From: an uncultured Planctomycetia bacterium | GTDB taxonomy: Bacteria; Omnitrophota; Gorgyraeia; Duberdicusellales; 4484-171 | Direction: 5' to 3' | Length of the DNA stretch: 64,000 bases | NCBI GenBank assembly: GCA_964536865.1 | Contig: CAZHYN010000002.1 | Coordinates: 64,608-128,607 of the forward strand | Shown: positions 30,473-38,406 of the stretch, piece by piece | Layout: every line of letters begins with the position of its first letter | How positions within the stretch are numbered: position 1 is the stretch's first letter | Notes under the pieces: generated by a model | What the model was told of the DNA's origin: nothing | Seen by the model: only the letters and a program-made list of their open reading frames with translations | Database searches by the model: none | Program-made: the position numbers and the translations under genes

Positions 30473-30538
30473 AAAACACCCCTCCTTCTAAAAATTGGAA
30501 ATCCTAAATTCCAATAATTTGGAACAAAGTTATTAAAA

Positions 30539-30859
30539 TTAAGATTCTAACTCCTGGACTCTTTTCTCAATCTGCTCAAGTTGGGCCTTCAACGCCTCTG
30601 CTTGCTGTTTTAATAGCTGTAACTCCTGTTCTTTAGTAAGTTGAGATACTCCGTAAGGGTCAAAAGGCAAAAATTGGCCTCTTTGAGCCTGGGGCATATT
30701 CTGCCAAGCCCAATTCGCCTGCCAGGTAGGCCAACTCCCGGTCATTAGATACTGAGCCCCTGGAGGCAAAGTCCCCCAACCCGGAGAAAAACCAAACCTC
30801 ATCCAGCCAGGTAAACCGGTAAGATAATACATATACCTGTTGCCTCTTCCTCCAACCAT
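30539..30859 (-). CDS. Small Trp/Gly/Pro-rich protein with C-terminal coiled coil (DUF5320-like architecture, tentative)
   Basis: GWMRFGFSPGWGTLPPGAQYLMTGSWPTWQANWAWQNMPQ, then KEQELQLLKQQAEALKAQLEQIEKRVQELES. Confidence 0.5.
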   Translation of the reverse strand: MVGGRGNRYMYYLTGLPGWMRFGFSPGWGTLPPGAQYLMTGSWPTWQANWAWQNMPQAQRGQFLPFDPYGVSQLTKEQELQLLKQQAEALKAQLEQIEKRVQELES

Positions 30860-30919
30860 ACTAACACCTCCCTCTCTTAGTTTGCAGCTCAGAATCAGTA
30901 GCCTTGATTTATAAATTAA

Positions 30920-31147
30920 TTATTGGCCTCTCTCTAATTCCTGAATTCGGGCATCTATATCCTTAAGTTGAGCTTCTAAGTTTTGTCTTAATTGCCTCAA
31001 ATAACTTAATTCATCCTGCCCAAAAAAGAAAGGAGAAACCCCCCCGAGATAAGGTAATCCATATCCGTAAGAAGCAGGCCAATAAGGATAAAAATAAGGC
31101 ATCATAAACCAACCTGCTGGACCCATCCCAAAAGGCATAACCATCAC
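30920..31147 (-). CDS. Small Met/Tyr/Phe/Gly-rich protein with C-terminal coiled coil (paralogous tail)
   Basis: MMVMPFGMGPAGWFMMPYFYPYWPASYGYGLPY, then LRQLRQNLEAQLKDIDARIQELERGQ. Confidence 0.5.
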   Translation of the reverse strand: MMVMPFGMGPAGWFMMPYFYPYWPASYGYGLPYLGGVSPFFFGQDELSYLRQLRQNLEAQLKDIDARIQELERGQ

Positions 31148-31176
31148 CCCCCTTTTAAAAATTAAAAGCTGAAAAA

Positions 31177-31410
31177 TTACCTCGTCTGCCCCAAAGATTG
31201 ATTACTTCCGTAACCAAAAGGTGTATAACTAAAAGGATTTATTGGCCCATATATACCTGTCCACCACCATCTGGGAAGCCAGGGAAACCACCTGCAGAAA
31301 GGATAAGGATTGCCTCTTCCCCAGCCAAAGTAAGGAAAGTAAGGATAGCCGTAGCCAAAATAACCCCACTTCCAAAAACCAGGACCCCAAAAATTTCTTC
31401 CTCTAGGCAT
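31177..31410 (-). CDS. Small extremely aromatic/Gly-rich protein (W/Y/F/G/P ~60%), no coiled coil
   Basis: FWGPGFWKWGYFGYGYPYFPYFGWGRGNPYPFCRWFPWLPRWWW. Strong SD GGAGGTGA 7 nt before the ATG. Confidence 0.4.
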   Translation of the reverse strand: MPRGRNFWGPGFWKWGYFGYGYPYFPYFGWGRGNPYPFCRWFPWLPRWWWTGIYGPINPFSYTPFGYGSNQSLGQTR

Positions 31411-31444
31411 TTTTAATCACCTCCTCTTTTAAATATCATTACCA

Positions 31445-31461
31445 TTGAAAATCATTTTCAA
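31445..31461. promoter_or_regulatory. Predicted Fur-family operator: perfect 7-1-7 palindrome TTGAAAATCATTTTCAA, 35 bp upstream of the aromatic-rich ORF
   Basis: Perfect inverted repeat, identical (bar the centre base) to the box at 31945-31961. Confidence 0.55.
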
Positions 31462-31479
31462 CAATATATTAAAAAAAAA

Positions 31480-31929
31480 TTAGCTACAATTTGAACATAA
31501 ACCGTAAAAATGAATTTGATGAGTCTCTATTTTAAAATTATGTTTTTTAGATAATCTTTCTTCTAAACCCTTTATTAATTTTTGTTCATCCTCTACAAAA
31601 TCTTTATAATCAATTATCTTCCCACACTTTCTGCAAATTAAATGGTGATGATGTTCTATACCTGGTCCCTGGCTTAATTCAAATCTGGCCCTTCCGTCTC
31701 CAAACTCATATTTCCTTACCAGGCCCATATTAAAAAGAAGTTCTAAAGTTCTGTAAACTGTAGTAAGCCCTATCCCCGGATACCGCTTATGAACTTTCAG
31801 GAAAATATCCTCAGCACTAAGGTGCTTTTTTTCTTTAGTCAAAACATCCAAGATAACCTGCCTGGGAAAAGTCCACCTAAAACCACAACCTCTAAATCTT
31901 GCTTCTAACCATCTCGGGCCAAAAGGCAT
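31480..31929 (-). CDS. Fur-family metalloregulator (Fur/Zur/PerR)
   Basis: Winged-helix ...GLTTVYRTLELL...; HHHHLICRKCG and C-terminal CSNC metal sites. Confidence 0.85.
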   Translation of the reverse strand: MPFGPRWLEARFRGCGFRWTFPRQVILDVLTKEKKHLSAEDIFLKVHKRYPGIGLTTVYRTLELLFNMGLVRKYEFGDGRARFELSQGPGIEHHHHLICRKCGKIIDYKDFVEDEQKLIKGLEERLSKKHNFKIETHQIHFYGLCSNCS

Positions 31930-31944
31930 AAAACTCCTTCCTTA

Positions 31945-31961
31945 TTGAAAATGATTTTCAA
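31945..31961. promoter_or_regulatory. Predicted autoregulatory Fur-family operator: TTGAAAATGATTTTCAA (plus-strand sequence), overlapping the predicted +1 region of the regulator's own promoter
   Basis: Perfect palindrome between the -10 and the RBS AAGGAAGGAG. Confidence 0.6.
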
Positions 31962-31971
31962 TTTCAATAAA

Positions 31972-32000
31972 ATAATACCATAATAAGCTTCTCCTGTCAA
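31972..32000 (-). promoter_or_regulatory. Sigma70-type promoter of the Fur-family gene (-35 TTGACA at 32000-31995, 17-bp spacer, extended -10 TGgTATTAT)
   Basis: Read on the minus strand. Confidence 0.45.
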
Positions 32001-32011
32001 GAGTAAAAGAC

Positions 32012-32024
32012 CTGGAGTTTCCCC
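32012..32024 (-). promoter_or_regulatory. GGGGAAACTCCAG motif 11 bp upstream of the -35, identical in sequence and spacing to the copy at 22199-22211
   Basis: Exact 13-mer shared, with the same 11-bp gap to TTGACA in both promoters. Confidence 0.5.
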
Positions 32025-32236
32025 AAAATTTTTAAGCCAGTAAAGAGAAGAGGAAGAGCTGTTTTTCGGTACTTTGCAATTTTCTTTCCTTCCACGGCCA
32101 CTCCATCTTATATTAAATAGAATTCTAAATATCCCCAAGGCTAAGCAATAGTGTTTGAAGGGTGATATCTGAAAGAATCTTTTTGCCTTTTCATAAATCT
32201 TCTTAAGAAGAATATTTAATCCCAAATTTTTCATTA

Positions 32237-32297
32237 CCTGCCTGACGGCAGGCCTGCCCGCTGATGTTTACCCCGCCCTTTCCTTGAAAGGGCGGGG
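32237..32297. repeat. GC-rich tandem hairpins (CCTGCC-TGAC-GGCAGG and CCCCGCCCTTTC-ctt-GAAAGGGCGGGG) downstream of the LPS gene block; copy A of a repeat family
   Basis: Strong stems in an AT-rich background; homologous to the element at 46944-47022. Confidence 0.55.
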
Positions 32298-32305
32298 TTC
32301 GGGGG

Positions 32306-33349
32306 TTACTCTAAGTGATCCCCCTTTAGAATCTTTCTAACTAAGTCAAAAACCTCCTCAGGTTTTATTTCTCTAAGACATAAAAATCCCTTATTACAGT
32401 TATGAGCTAAGCACTTTTTGCACCCTACATCTTTATGTAAGTAGAAAGACTTCTCTCCTAACGGCCTCCATCTTTGAGGAGAAAGACCTTGGTTGTTTCT
32501 TCCAAATATGGAGATAACAGGAGTATTTAAGCTAGCGGCAATGTGCACAGGACCACTATCATTGGAAATAAAAATATTGGCTCGCTTCAAAAGAGAAGCT
32601 AAAGAAGAAATATCTAATCTTCCTCTTAAGTCGATTAAATCAGGATGTTCCTCGATAAGAAGCTGGCCATAAACTATCTCTGATTTAGAAGTAATTACTG
32701 CAATTTTAGGATAAAATTCTTCTTTTAGTAATCTTATCAAAGATGAAAAGTGTCTTTGAGGCCATCTCTTGGATGGGCAAGAAGCAGAAGGATGAATTAC
32801 AAAGAGTAAATCATCTTCTTCTACTCCTCTACTTTTAAGTAACTGCTCTATATAGCGTTCCTTTTCTTCTTTTATGGGAAAATATAGAGACTTATCAATT
32901 ATCTTAATATCTATCTCTCTGAGAATATCTAAAGTATACTCCAACTCATGCTTCTGGCCTTTATCTTTAGTATGGGGAATTCTTTTAGTAAGAAGAAAAC
33001 CACATTTTTTATCCCAGCCAACTCTAAAGGGAATTCCTGCAAAGTAGGTAATTAGGTGTACTCTATTTGTAGGATGCAAAATTATTGCCCAATCAAATTT
33101 TTTTCTTCTCAACCATAAAGAAAATTTTGCAGAAGAAAACCAGCCTTTATGTCTTCCGTATTTATCATAAATGATTACCTCATCAAGATAAGGATTTCCC
33201 TCTAATATATCCTTAGTGTAAGGCCGGCACATAAAAGCAATCCAACTATTAGGAAAGGCTATTCTTAAGTTCTTAATCACTGGCGTAGAAAGGACTACAT
33301 CTCCAATTCTGTCTGTACGAACAATCAATATTTTTTTAACTCCTCTCAT
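32306..33349 (-). CDS. Glycosyltransferase family 9 (heptosyltransferase-like)
   Basis: ILIVRTDRIGDVVLSTPV N-terminus typical of GT9. Confidence 0.8.
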   Translation of the reverse strand: MRGVKKILIVRTDRIGDVVLSTPVIKNLRIAFPNSWIAFMCRPYTKDILEGNPYLDEVIIYDKYGRHKGWFSSAKFSLWLRRKKFDWAIILHPTNRVHLITYFAGIPFRVGWDKKCGFLLTKRIPHTKDKGQKHELEYTLDILREIDIKIIDKSLYFPIKEEKERYIEQLLKSRGVEEDDLLFVIHPSASCPSKRWPQRHFSSLIRLLKEEFYPKIAVITSKSEIVYGQLLIEEHPDLIDLRGRLDISSLASLLKRANIFISNDSGPVHIAASLNTPVISIFGRNNQGLSPQRWRPLGEKSFYLHKDVGCKKCLAHNCNKGFLCLREIKPEEVFDLVRKILKGDHLE

Positions 33350-34265
33350 AGGATAATAACTTTCTTACTGCCTCTATTACTCTATGAGGGGAAATCTTCA
33401 TGCAATCGGAATTATAGGGACAAATTGATCTTCCACAGGGAGAACACAATAGATTTTCATTACGTAGAACTATAGATTTAGTAGACCAAGGACCGTAACG
33501 AAGAGAAGATGTGGGGCCAAAGATAGCAACGATAGGTAGATCAATATAACTGGCTAAATGAAGAAGAGCGGAATCCACTCCTAAAAAAAGTATAGCATAG
33601 TTTTCTAAAAGAAAGAATACTTCACTCATTGTAGTTTTACCTACCAAATCTATAACTCCTCTTATTTTAAGAATGTCTTTATAAAACTCTCTATCTTCAT
33701 TTCTCCCTACTATCACTGAAGGATAATCTTTAACTAAATCCATAATTACTTCCTTAAGGTATGGGTAACGTTTAACAGCAGAGCGAGAGGAACAGCCCAC
33801 GAATATCGAAGGAGGTATATTTTCTCGATGCCATTTTTCCTCCTCTTGGGGGGTTAATAAGAAACTACTCTTTTTAATAACTGTATTTTGGGAGGTAATT
33901 TTTCTCACTAAACTGAGATACTCATCTTTCATATGCATATCTTTGCAGGACTTCCTCCAAAACGGTGTTCTCCTCCTAATCCCCAAAAGAAAAGGCAGGA
34001 GAGAGTTTTTAAAATCAATTATTAAATCATACTTGCCCTTTAGATCATAACAGAATCTCATCTTCTCTCTTATTCTCCACCTTTTATCAAACACAGCAAC
34101 ATCATCGATAAAATTATTTCTCAGTAGAAACTCCTTAGTCTTAGGAGAAACTATGGCAGTAATCTTAGCTTGAGGATAGGAGGATTTAACTTTATCTAAC
34201 ACAGGGAGAGCTAAGATTGTATCTCCTAAATTAGTAGGAAAATTGAAAATTATTCTTTCAGGCAT
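33336..34265 (-). CDS. Glycosyltransferase family 9
   Basis: NLGDTILALPVL motif. Confidence 0.7.
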   Translation of the reverse strand: MPERIIFNFPTNLGDTILALPVLDKVKSSYPQAKITAIVSPKTKEFLLRNNFIDDVAVFDKRWRIREKMRFCYDLKGKYDLIIDFKNSLLPFLLGIRRRTPFWRKSCKDMHMKDEYLSLVRKITSQNTVIKKSSFLLTPQEEEKWHRENIPPSIFVGCSSRSAVKRYPYLKEVIMDLVKDYPSVIVGRNEDREFYKDILKIRGVIDLVGKTTMSEVFFLLENYAILFLGVDSALLHLASYIDLPIVAIFGPTSSLRYGPWSTKSIVLRNENLLCSPCGRSICPYNSDCMKISPHRVIEAVRKLLSYERS

Positions 34266-35257
34266 TGGAGAATCTCTTTTGCCTCTCGGAAAACCTCCTC
34301 AGCAGATACATTCTTCATGCAAATATTATTCCTACAATTCAATTTAAAACAGGGGACTTTGCATTCCTTATTCTTATAAATTAATCTAATCAATCCTTTA
34401 CCTCGTGGTCCACTGATAGAAGGATGAGTAGGACCGAATATAGCTATGAGAGGAGTCCCCACACTTGCAGCTAAGTGCATTATTCCAGTATCTGCAGAAA
34501 TAAACAAATTAACTCTCTTTAAAACTGCTCCTAACTCTCTTAAGCTTGTTCTACCTACCAAAAGATAAGGCTTGTTCTTCATTAGCTTCTTTATCTGGAA
34601 AGCTAAATCTAAATCATCTCTTGTGCCAGTAATTATAACCGAAGCATCTAACTCCTCTATTAACTTATCCCCTAACTGAGCGAAATACTCTTTTGGCCAC
34701 ATCTTAAGGGCCCAGTTAGCCTTAGGATGGAGAACTACTTTTAATCTACTATTTAAAATAGACGAAGGAAGAATTGAACCTACTTGTTCGATTTCTTGAG
34801 GCAAGAGAAAAAATTCTGGTTCTTTCTTACTTACTTTGAGACCTATACTCTCTATCAAATTTAAATAGTAATCCATCTTATGAGTACCTTTGGGGGGAAG
34901 GGAAATCTTCCTATTTATAAAAGTAATTTTTTTTGATTCGTATCCGTAAATATCTTTGATGTGTGCTAACTTACACATCAACGATTTAGTAAAGGAAGGT
35001 TTAAGTAGAAAGGCAGTATCAAACTCTTTCTTTGATATCCTCTTGGTAATTTTTAAATTAGAGAGCAAATCTCGGTGAGAAGAAAAAGTTATAATCTCGT
35101 CCACAAAAGGACTGTGGATAAAAATCTGCTCCACTCTTTTATGAATTAAAATACCTATCCAACAATGAGGTTTATTTTCTTTTAAACTACGTAAGAGAGG
35201 GGTAGCCATAAGAGAATCTCCTATCCAGTTAGGTAGAAATACCAAAATCTTTTTCAT
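34250..35257 (-). CDS. Glycosyltransferase family 9 (heptosyltransferase-like)
   Basis: ILVFLPNWIGDSLMATPLL motif. Confidence 0.8.
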   Translation of the reverse strand: MKKILVFLPNWIGDSLMATPLLRSLKENKPHCWIGILIHKRVEQIFIHSPFVDEIITFSSHRDLLSNLKITKRISKKEFDTAFLLKPSFTKSLMCKLAHIKDIYGYESKKITFINRKISLPPKGTHKMDYYLNLIESIGLKVSKKEPEFFLLPQEIEQVGSILPSSILNSRLKVVLHPKANWALKMWPKEYFAQLGDKLIEELDASVIITGTRDDLDLAFQIKKLMKNKPYLLVGRTSLRELGAVLKRVNLFISADTGIMHLAASVGTPLIAIFGPTHPSISGPRGKGLIRLIYKNKECKVPCFKLNCRNNICMKNVSAEEVFREAKEILQCLKE

Positions 35258-35259
35258 AC

Positions 35260-36357
35260 TTAATTACTGTGGATTAAAACCTCCTCATATACCTGATAAG
35301 TAGACTCCCCCATCCTCTCTAAACTAAATCTCTCCTCCACCCTCTTTTTAGCGTTAGCTACCATCCGCCTCCTTAAATCGTTATCCTCTAAAAGAAGTTC
35401 GATAGCCTCTAAGATTTCTTTAGAATCACTCCTCTTTAAAACGACACCTGTTACTCTATTTTCTACTATCTCCTTTAAAGCGCCAGAATTTGTTACTATT
35501 ACAGGGATACCCACATACTGAGCTTCAACAACTGAAAATCCAAAAGGCTCTCCCTCACTTAAGGAGAGGAAAATATCTAAATTTCTCAATACTACTAAAG
35601 ACGACAGTTTCTTTAAAAAGACAACTCTATTATCTACACCTAAATTCTTACTCATTTCCTTTAATTTTGCCTCTTCTTTCCCCTCTCCTAAAATTAAAGT
35701 AACTGCCTTAGGATACTTCTTCAGAATAAGAGGCATAGTTTGGATAAGCAAAGAAATATTCTTTTCTGGAGCCAAGCGAGATATCATCCCTATAACAGGA
35801 TAACCATTAAAGCCTACAGGTAAGACCTCTTCCTTAATAGAATTATCTATTTGAGAAAAAGAATTGATATCAATACCGTTATAAATTACTCGTACTTTCT
35901 TAGGATCAATCTTAAGATTTCTGATTAAGTGGTCTTTTACATAATTACTCACTGCTATGGTTCTTAACCCTGCGAAGGGAAATAGTCTTCTAAATAGATG
36001 GGGTCGATAACATCCATGGAAAGTGGATACATAAGGAATTTTTCTAGTTGCCCATAAACGATGAGCTAAAGATTGAGTTACTCTAGTGTTAGCATGAATA
36101 ATGTCTACTTTCCTCTTTTTAAGAAATCTACTTAATATGTGAAACGATTTAGCTATCTTAGGAGAAAGAATAGACTTTGTAGCTATAGGAAGGTTTAAGA
36201 CTACCGTATTACTTACTCCTACCAACTTTTTCTCCCATTCTCCTCCACTGGTTGCTACAATAACAAAATTCTTCCTTGCTAAAAATTTCGCTAAATTTAT
36301 TACATAGCGGGGGATACCTCCCACATTAAGATGAGTAGTAAGAAGGAGAATCCTCAT
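35260..36357 (-). CDS. Glycosyltransferase family 4 (GT-B)
   Basis: EGEPFGFSVVEAQYVGIPVI motif. Confidence 0.8.
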   Translation of the reverse strand: MRILLLTTHLNVGGIPRYVINLAKFLARKNFVIVATSGGEWEKKLVGVSNTVVLNLPIATKSILSPKIAKSFHILSRFLKKRKVDIIHANTRVTQSLAHRLWATRKIPYVSTFHGCYRPHLFRRLFPFAGLRTIAVSNYVKDHLIRNLKIDPKKVRVIYNGIDINSFSQIDNSIKEEVLPVGFNGYPVIGMISRLAPEKNISLLIQTMPLILKKYPKAVTLILGEGKEEAKLKEMSKNLGVDNRVVFLKKLSSLVVLRNLDIFLSLSEGEPFGFSVVEAQYVGIPVIVTNSGALKEIVENRVTGVVLKRSDSKEILEAIELLLEDNDLRRRMVANAKKRVEERFSLERMGESTYQVYEEVLIHSN

Positions 36358-38405
36358 CTTTCTATAATCTCTTTGATCTTCCTAAAAACTTCTTGGGGGC
36401 TAATACTTTTCATACAAGTATTTAACCGGCACCTTGGCTTATAACAGAAGGAGCAAGGAAGTTGTTTATATAATACATAAAGATTTCTGCTCTCTACTAT
36501 ATGACGTTTAGGATCGGTAGGACCAAATAGAGCGACAGTCTCTACTCCTAATGCTGCAGAAATATGCAGAGTAGCAGTATCTTGACATACAAACACTTTA
36601 AGGATACTTAAGAGTACTATTAGTTCTTTTAGATTGGTCTTGCCACAGAGATTGATAACTCCATCTTTAAAGTTTTTTCTTATATGATTTGCTGCTTCCC
36701 TGCTATGAGAATCTCCTACTAAAACTATCTTATAAGAAGGGAATTCTTTCCTTATAAATTCTATAAGTTTAATAATATTCACTATAGGCCAGTTCTTTGT
36801 CTTCCATCTCACCGAAGCAGAAACACTTATCCCAATCAAATTTTTCTCTCCGGATAACCCTAACTTCTCTATAGAGGTAAGGGATGGCTTCTTCATAATC
36901 AATTTTCTTTCCTTTATCTCGATCCCCAATAACCGTAAGATTCTATTTTGTGACTGAAGAGGGTTGATTCTTTCTTTGGGAAACTTTACCGAGGATGTAA
37001 GAAGAAAACCAAGCTTACGGGAGAAACCGAAAGACTTCTGAGGAAAACTTAAAAAAGCAATAAGATGTGTAGCTAGATTATTCTGCAAATCTATTATATA
37101 ATCAAAACTCTCTCTCCGTAAACTATTAGAAATTTTAATAATCCTCTTCATCTTCTTATAATCTCTATCTATCCCTATTACCTTATCCACAAAGGGAAAC
37201 TCATAAAACAGAGAAGCATATTTTTTTAAAGTCAAAACTACCAGTTTACTTTTAGGAAAACTCTCCTTTATCGCCTTAAGTGAAGGAATAGCTAACACTA
37301 CATCACCCAAGGAAGAAACTTTTATAACTAAAATTCTTTTAAACTCTATAGCTTCTCGGTAAGTCTGAAGAATTTTACTATAACAGTTTTGGAGGGTATA
37401 AAGCGTTTCTACTTTCTTGCGCCCATTATAAGCCAGCTTCCTTGCTAAAGATGGATTATCTATCAGAGTTAAAATAGCTTCCTTTATCTGGTTGGAATCA
37501 CCAGGTAAAACTAAAATGCCGTTTTTTTTATCTTCTACAATTTCCTCCAGAGCACCTACCTTGGTAGCAATTACTGGAACTCCACTAGCAAATGCTTCTA
37601 CCACCACCCTCCCAAAAGACTCCTTAGCAACGGAAGGAACTACCATAAGAGAGGCTTTTTCTAATATTCTCTCTACGTTAGACTGATACCCCAAAAATTC
37701 CACATGATAATCTAAAGATAAGCGTCTCACTAAATTCTTTAAATACTCAAAGTAATTCCATTTAGACTTCTCCGCCTCTCCTACGATAAGAAGATTCAGA
37801 TAAGGTTTCACTCTTATAACCTTATGAAATGCCTGAATAAGATACTCAAAGCCCTTAGAGGGAGATATTCTTCCTATACTTACTATTATATTGGAAGCTA
37901 ACCTCTGAGAAGGATCTTTAAAAGTAAATCGAGATAGATCTACCCAACGACTGATTATTCTAATTTTTTCTTCACTGACACCGAAATTTTTCATCATATG
38001 ACGAGCAATCACCTTGGAAGGACATATAACAAATTTACCCCACCCCATTACCTTACTAAATGTATGTTTAGAATAGGCTCCATGAGCAGTAGTGATAAAG
38101 GGAATATCTCTCCCTCGAGTAGCAAAAAAAGTAACCCATGCAGGAACACGAGAGCGAGCATGAACTATCTCTGCCTTCTCTTGCTGAATAATTTTTCTCA
38201 CTTTTCTTATCAGCCGAAGAGTAAGAGGGGATTTTTTATGTATGGGAAGATTATAGCAAGTTACTCCTTCTTCTTTTAATTTTGCGATTAGCCTTCCTCC
38301 CCCAGAAATAACTACCATCTCCTCCTTAAAATACTTAGCTAAATCTAAAACTCCTCGTTCCACTCCTCCTAAATCCATTTTGGGAAGAACTTGAATAACC
38401 TTCAT
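36354..38405 (-). CDS. Bifunctional GT4 (N-terminal) + GT9 heptosyltransferase-like (C-terminal) fusion
   Basis: ESFGRVVVEAFASGVPVIAT GT4 motif, then ILVIKVSSLGDVVLAIPSL GT9 start near residue 350. Confidence 0.75.
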   Translation of the reverse strand: MKVIQVLPKMDLGGVERGVLDLAKYFKEEMVVISGGGRLIAKLKEEGVTCYNLPIHKKSPLTLRLIRKVRKIIQQEKAEIVHARSRVPAWVTFFATRGRDIPFITTAHGAYSKHTFSKVMGWGKFVICPSKVIARHMMKNFGVSEEKIRIISRWVDLSRFTFKDPSQRLASNIIVSIGRISPSKGFEYLIQAFHKVIRVKPYLNLLIVGEAEKSKWNYFEYLKNLVRRLSLDYHVEFLGYQSNVERILEKASLMVVPSVAKESFGRVVVEAFASGVPVIATKVGALEEIVEDKKNGILVLPGDSNQIKEAILTLIDNPSLARKLAYNGRKKVETLYTLQNCYSKILQTYREAIEFKRILVIKVSSLGDVVLAIPSLKAIKESFPKSKLVVLTLKKYASLFYEFPFVDKVIGIDRDYKKMKRIIKISNSLRRESFDYIIDLQNNLATHLIAFLSFPQKSFGFSRKLGFLLTSSVKFPKERINPLQSQNRILRLLGIEIKERKLIMKKPSLTSIEKLGLSGEKNLIGISVSASVRWKTKNWPIVNIIKLIEFIRKEFPSYKIVLVGDSHSREAANHIRKNFKDGVINLCGKTNLKELIVLLSILKVFVCQDTATLHISAALGVETVALFGPTDPKRHIVESRNLYVLYKQLPCSFCYKPRCRLNTCMKSISPQEVFRKIKEIIER

Positions 38406-38406
38406 C

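Noticed and set aside
31905-32234. 109-aa minus-strand ORF (MKNLGLNILL...) covering the region upstream of the Fur-family gene
   Set aside because: It overlaps the Fur-family gene start, its predicted promoter, the operator and the GGGGAAACTCCAG motif. It has no RBS logic and a low-complexity composition. Most likely a chance ORF in regulatory DNA.
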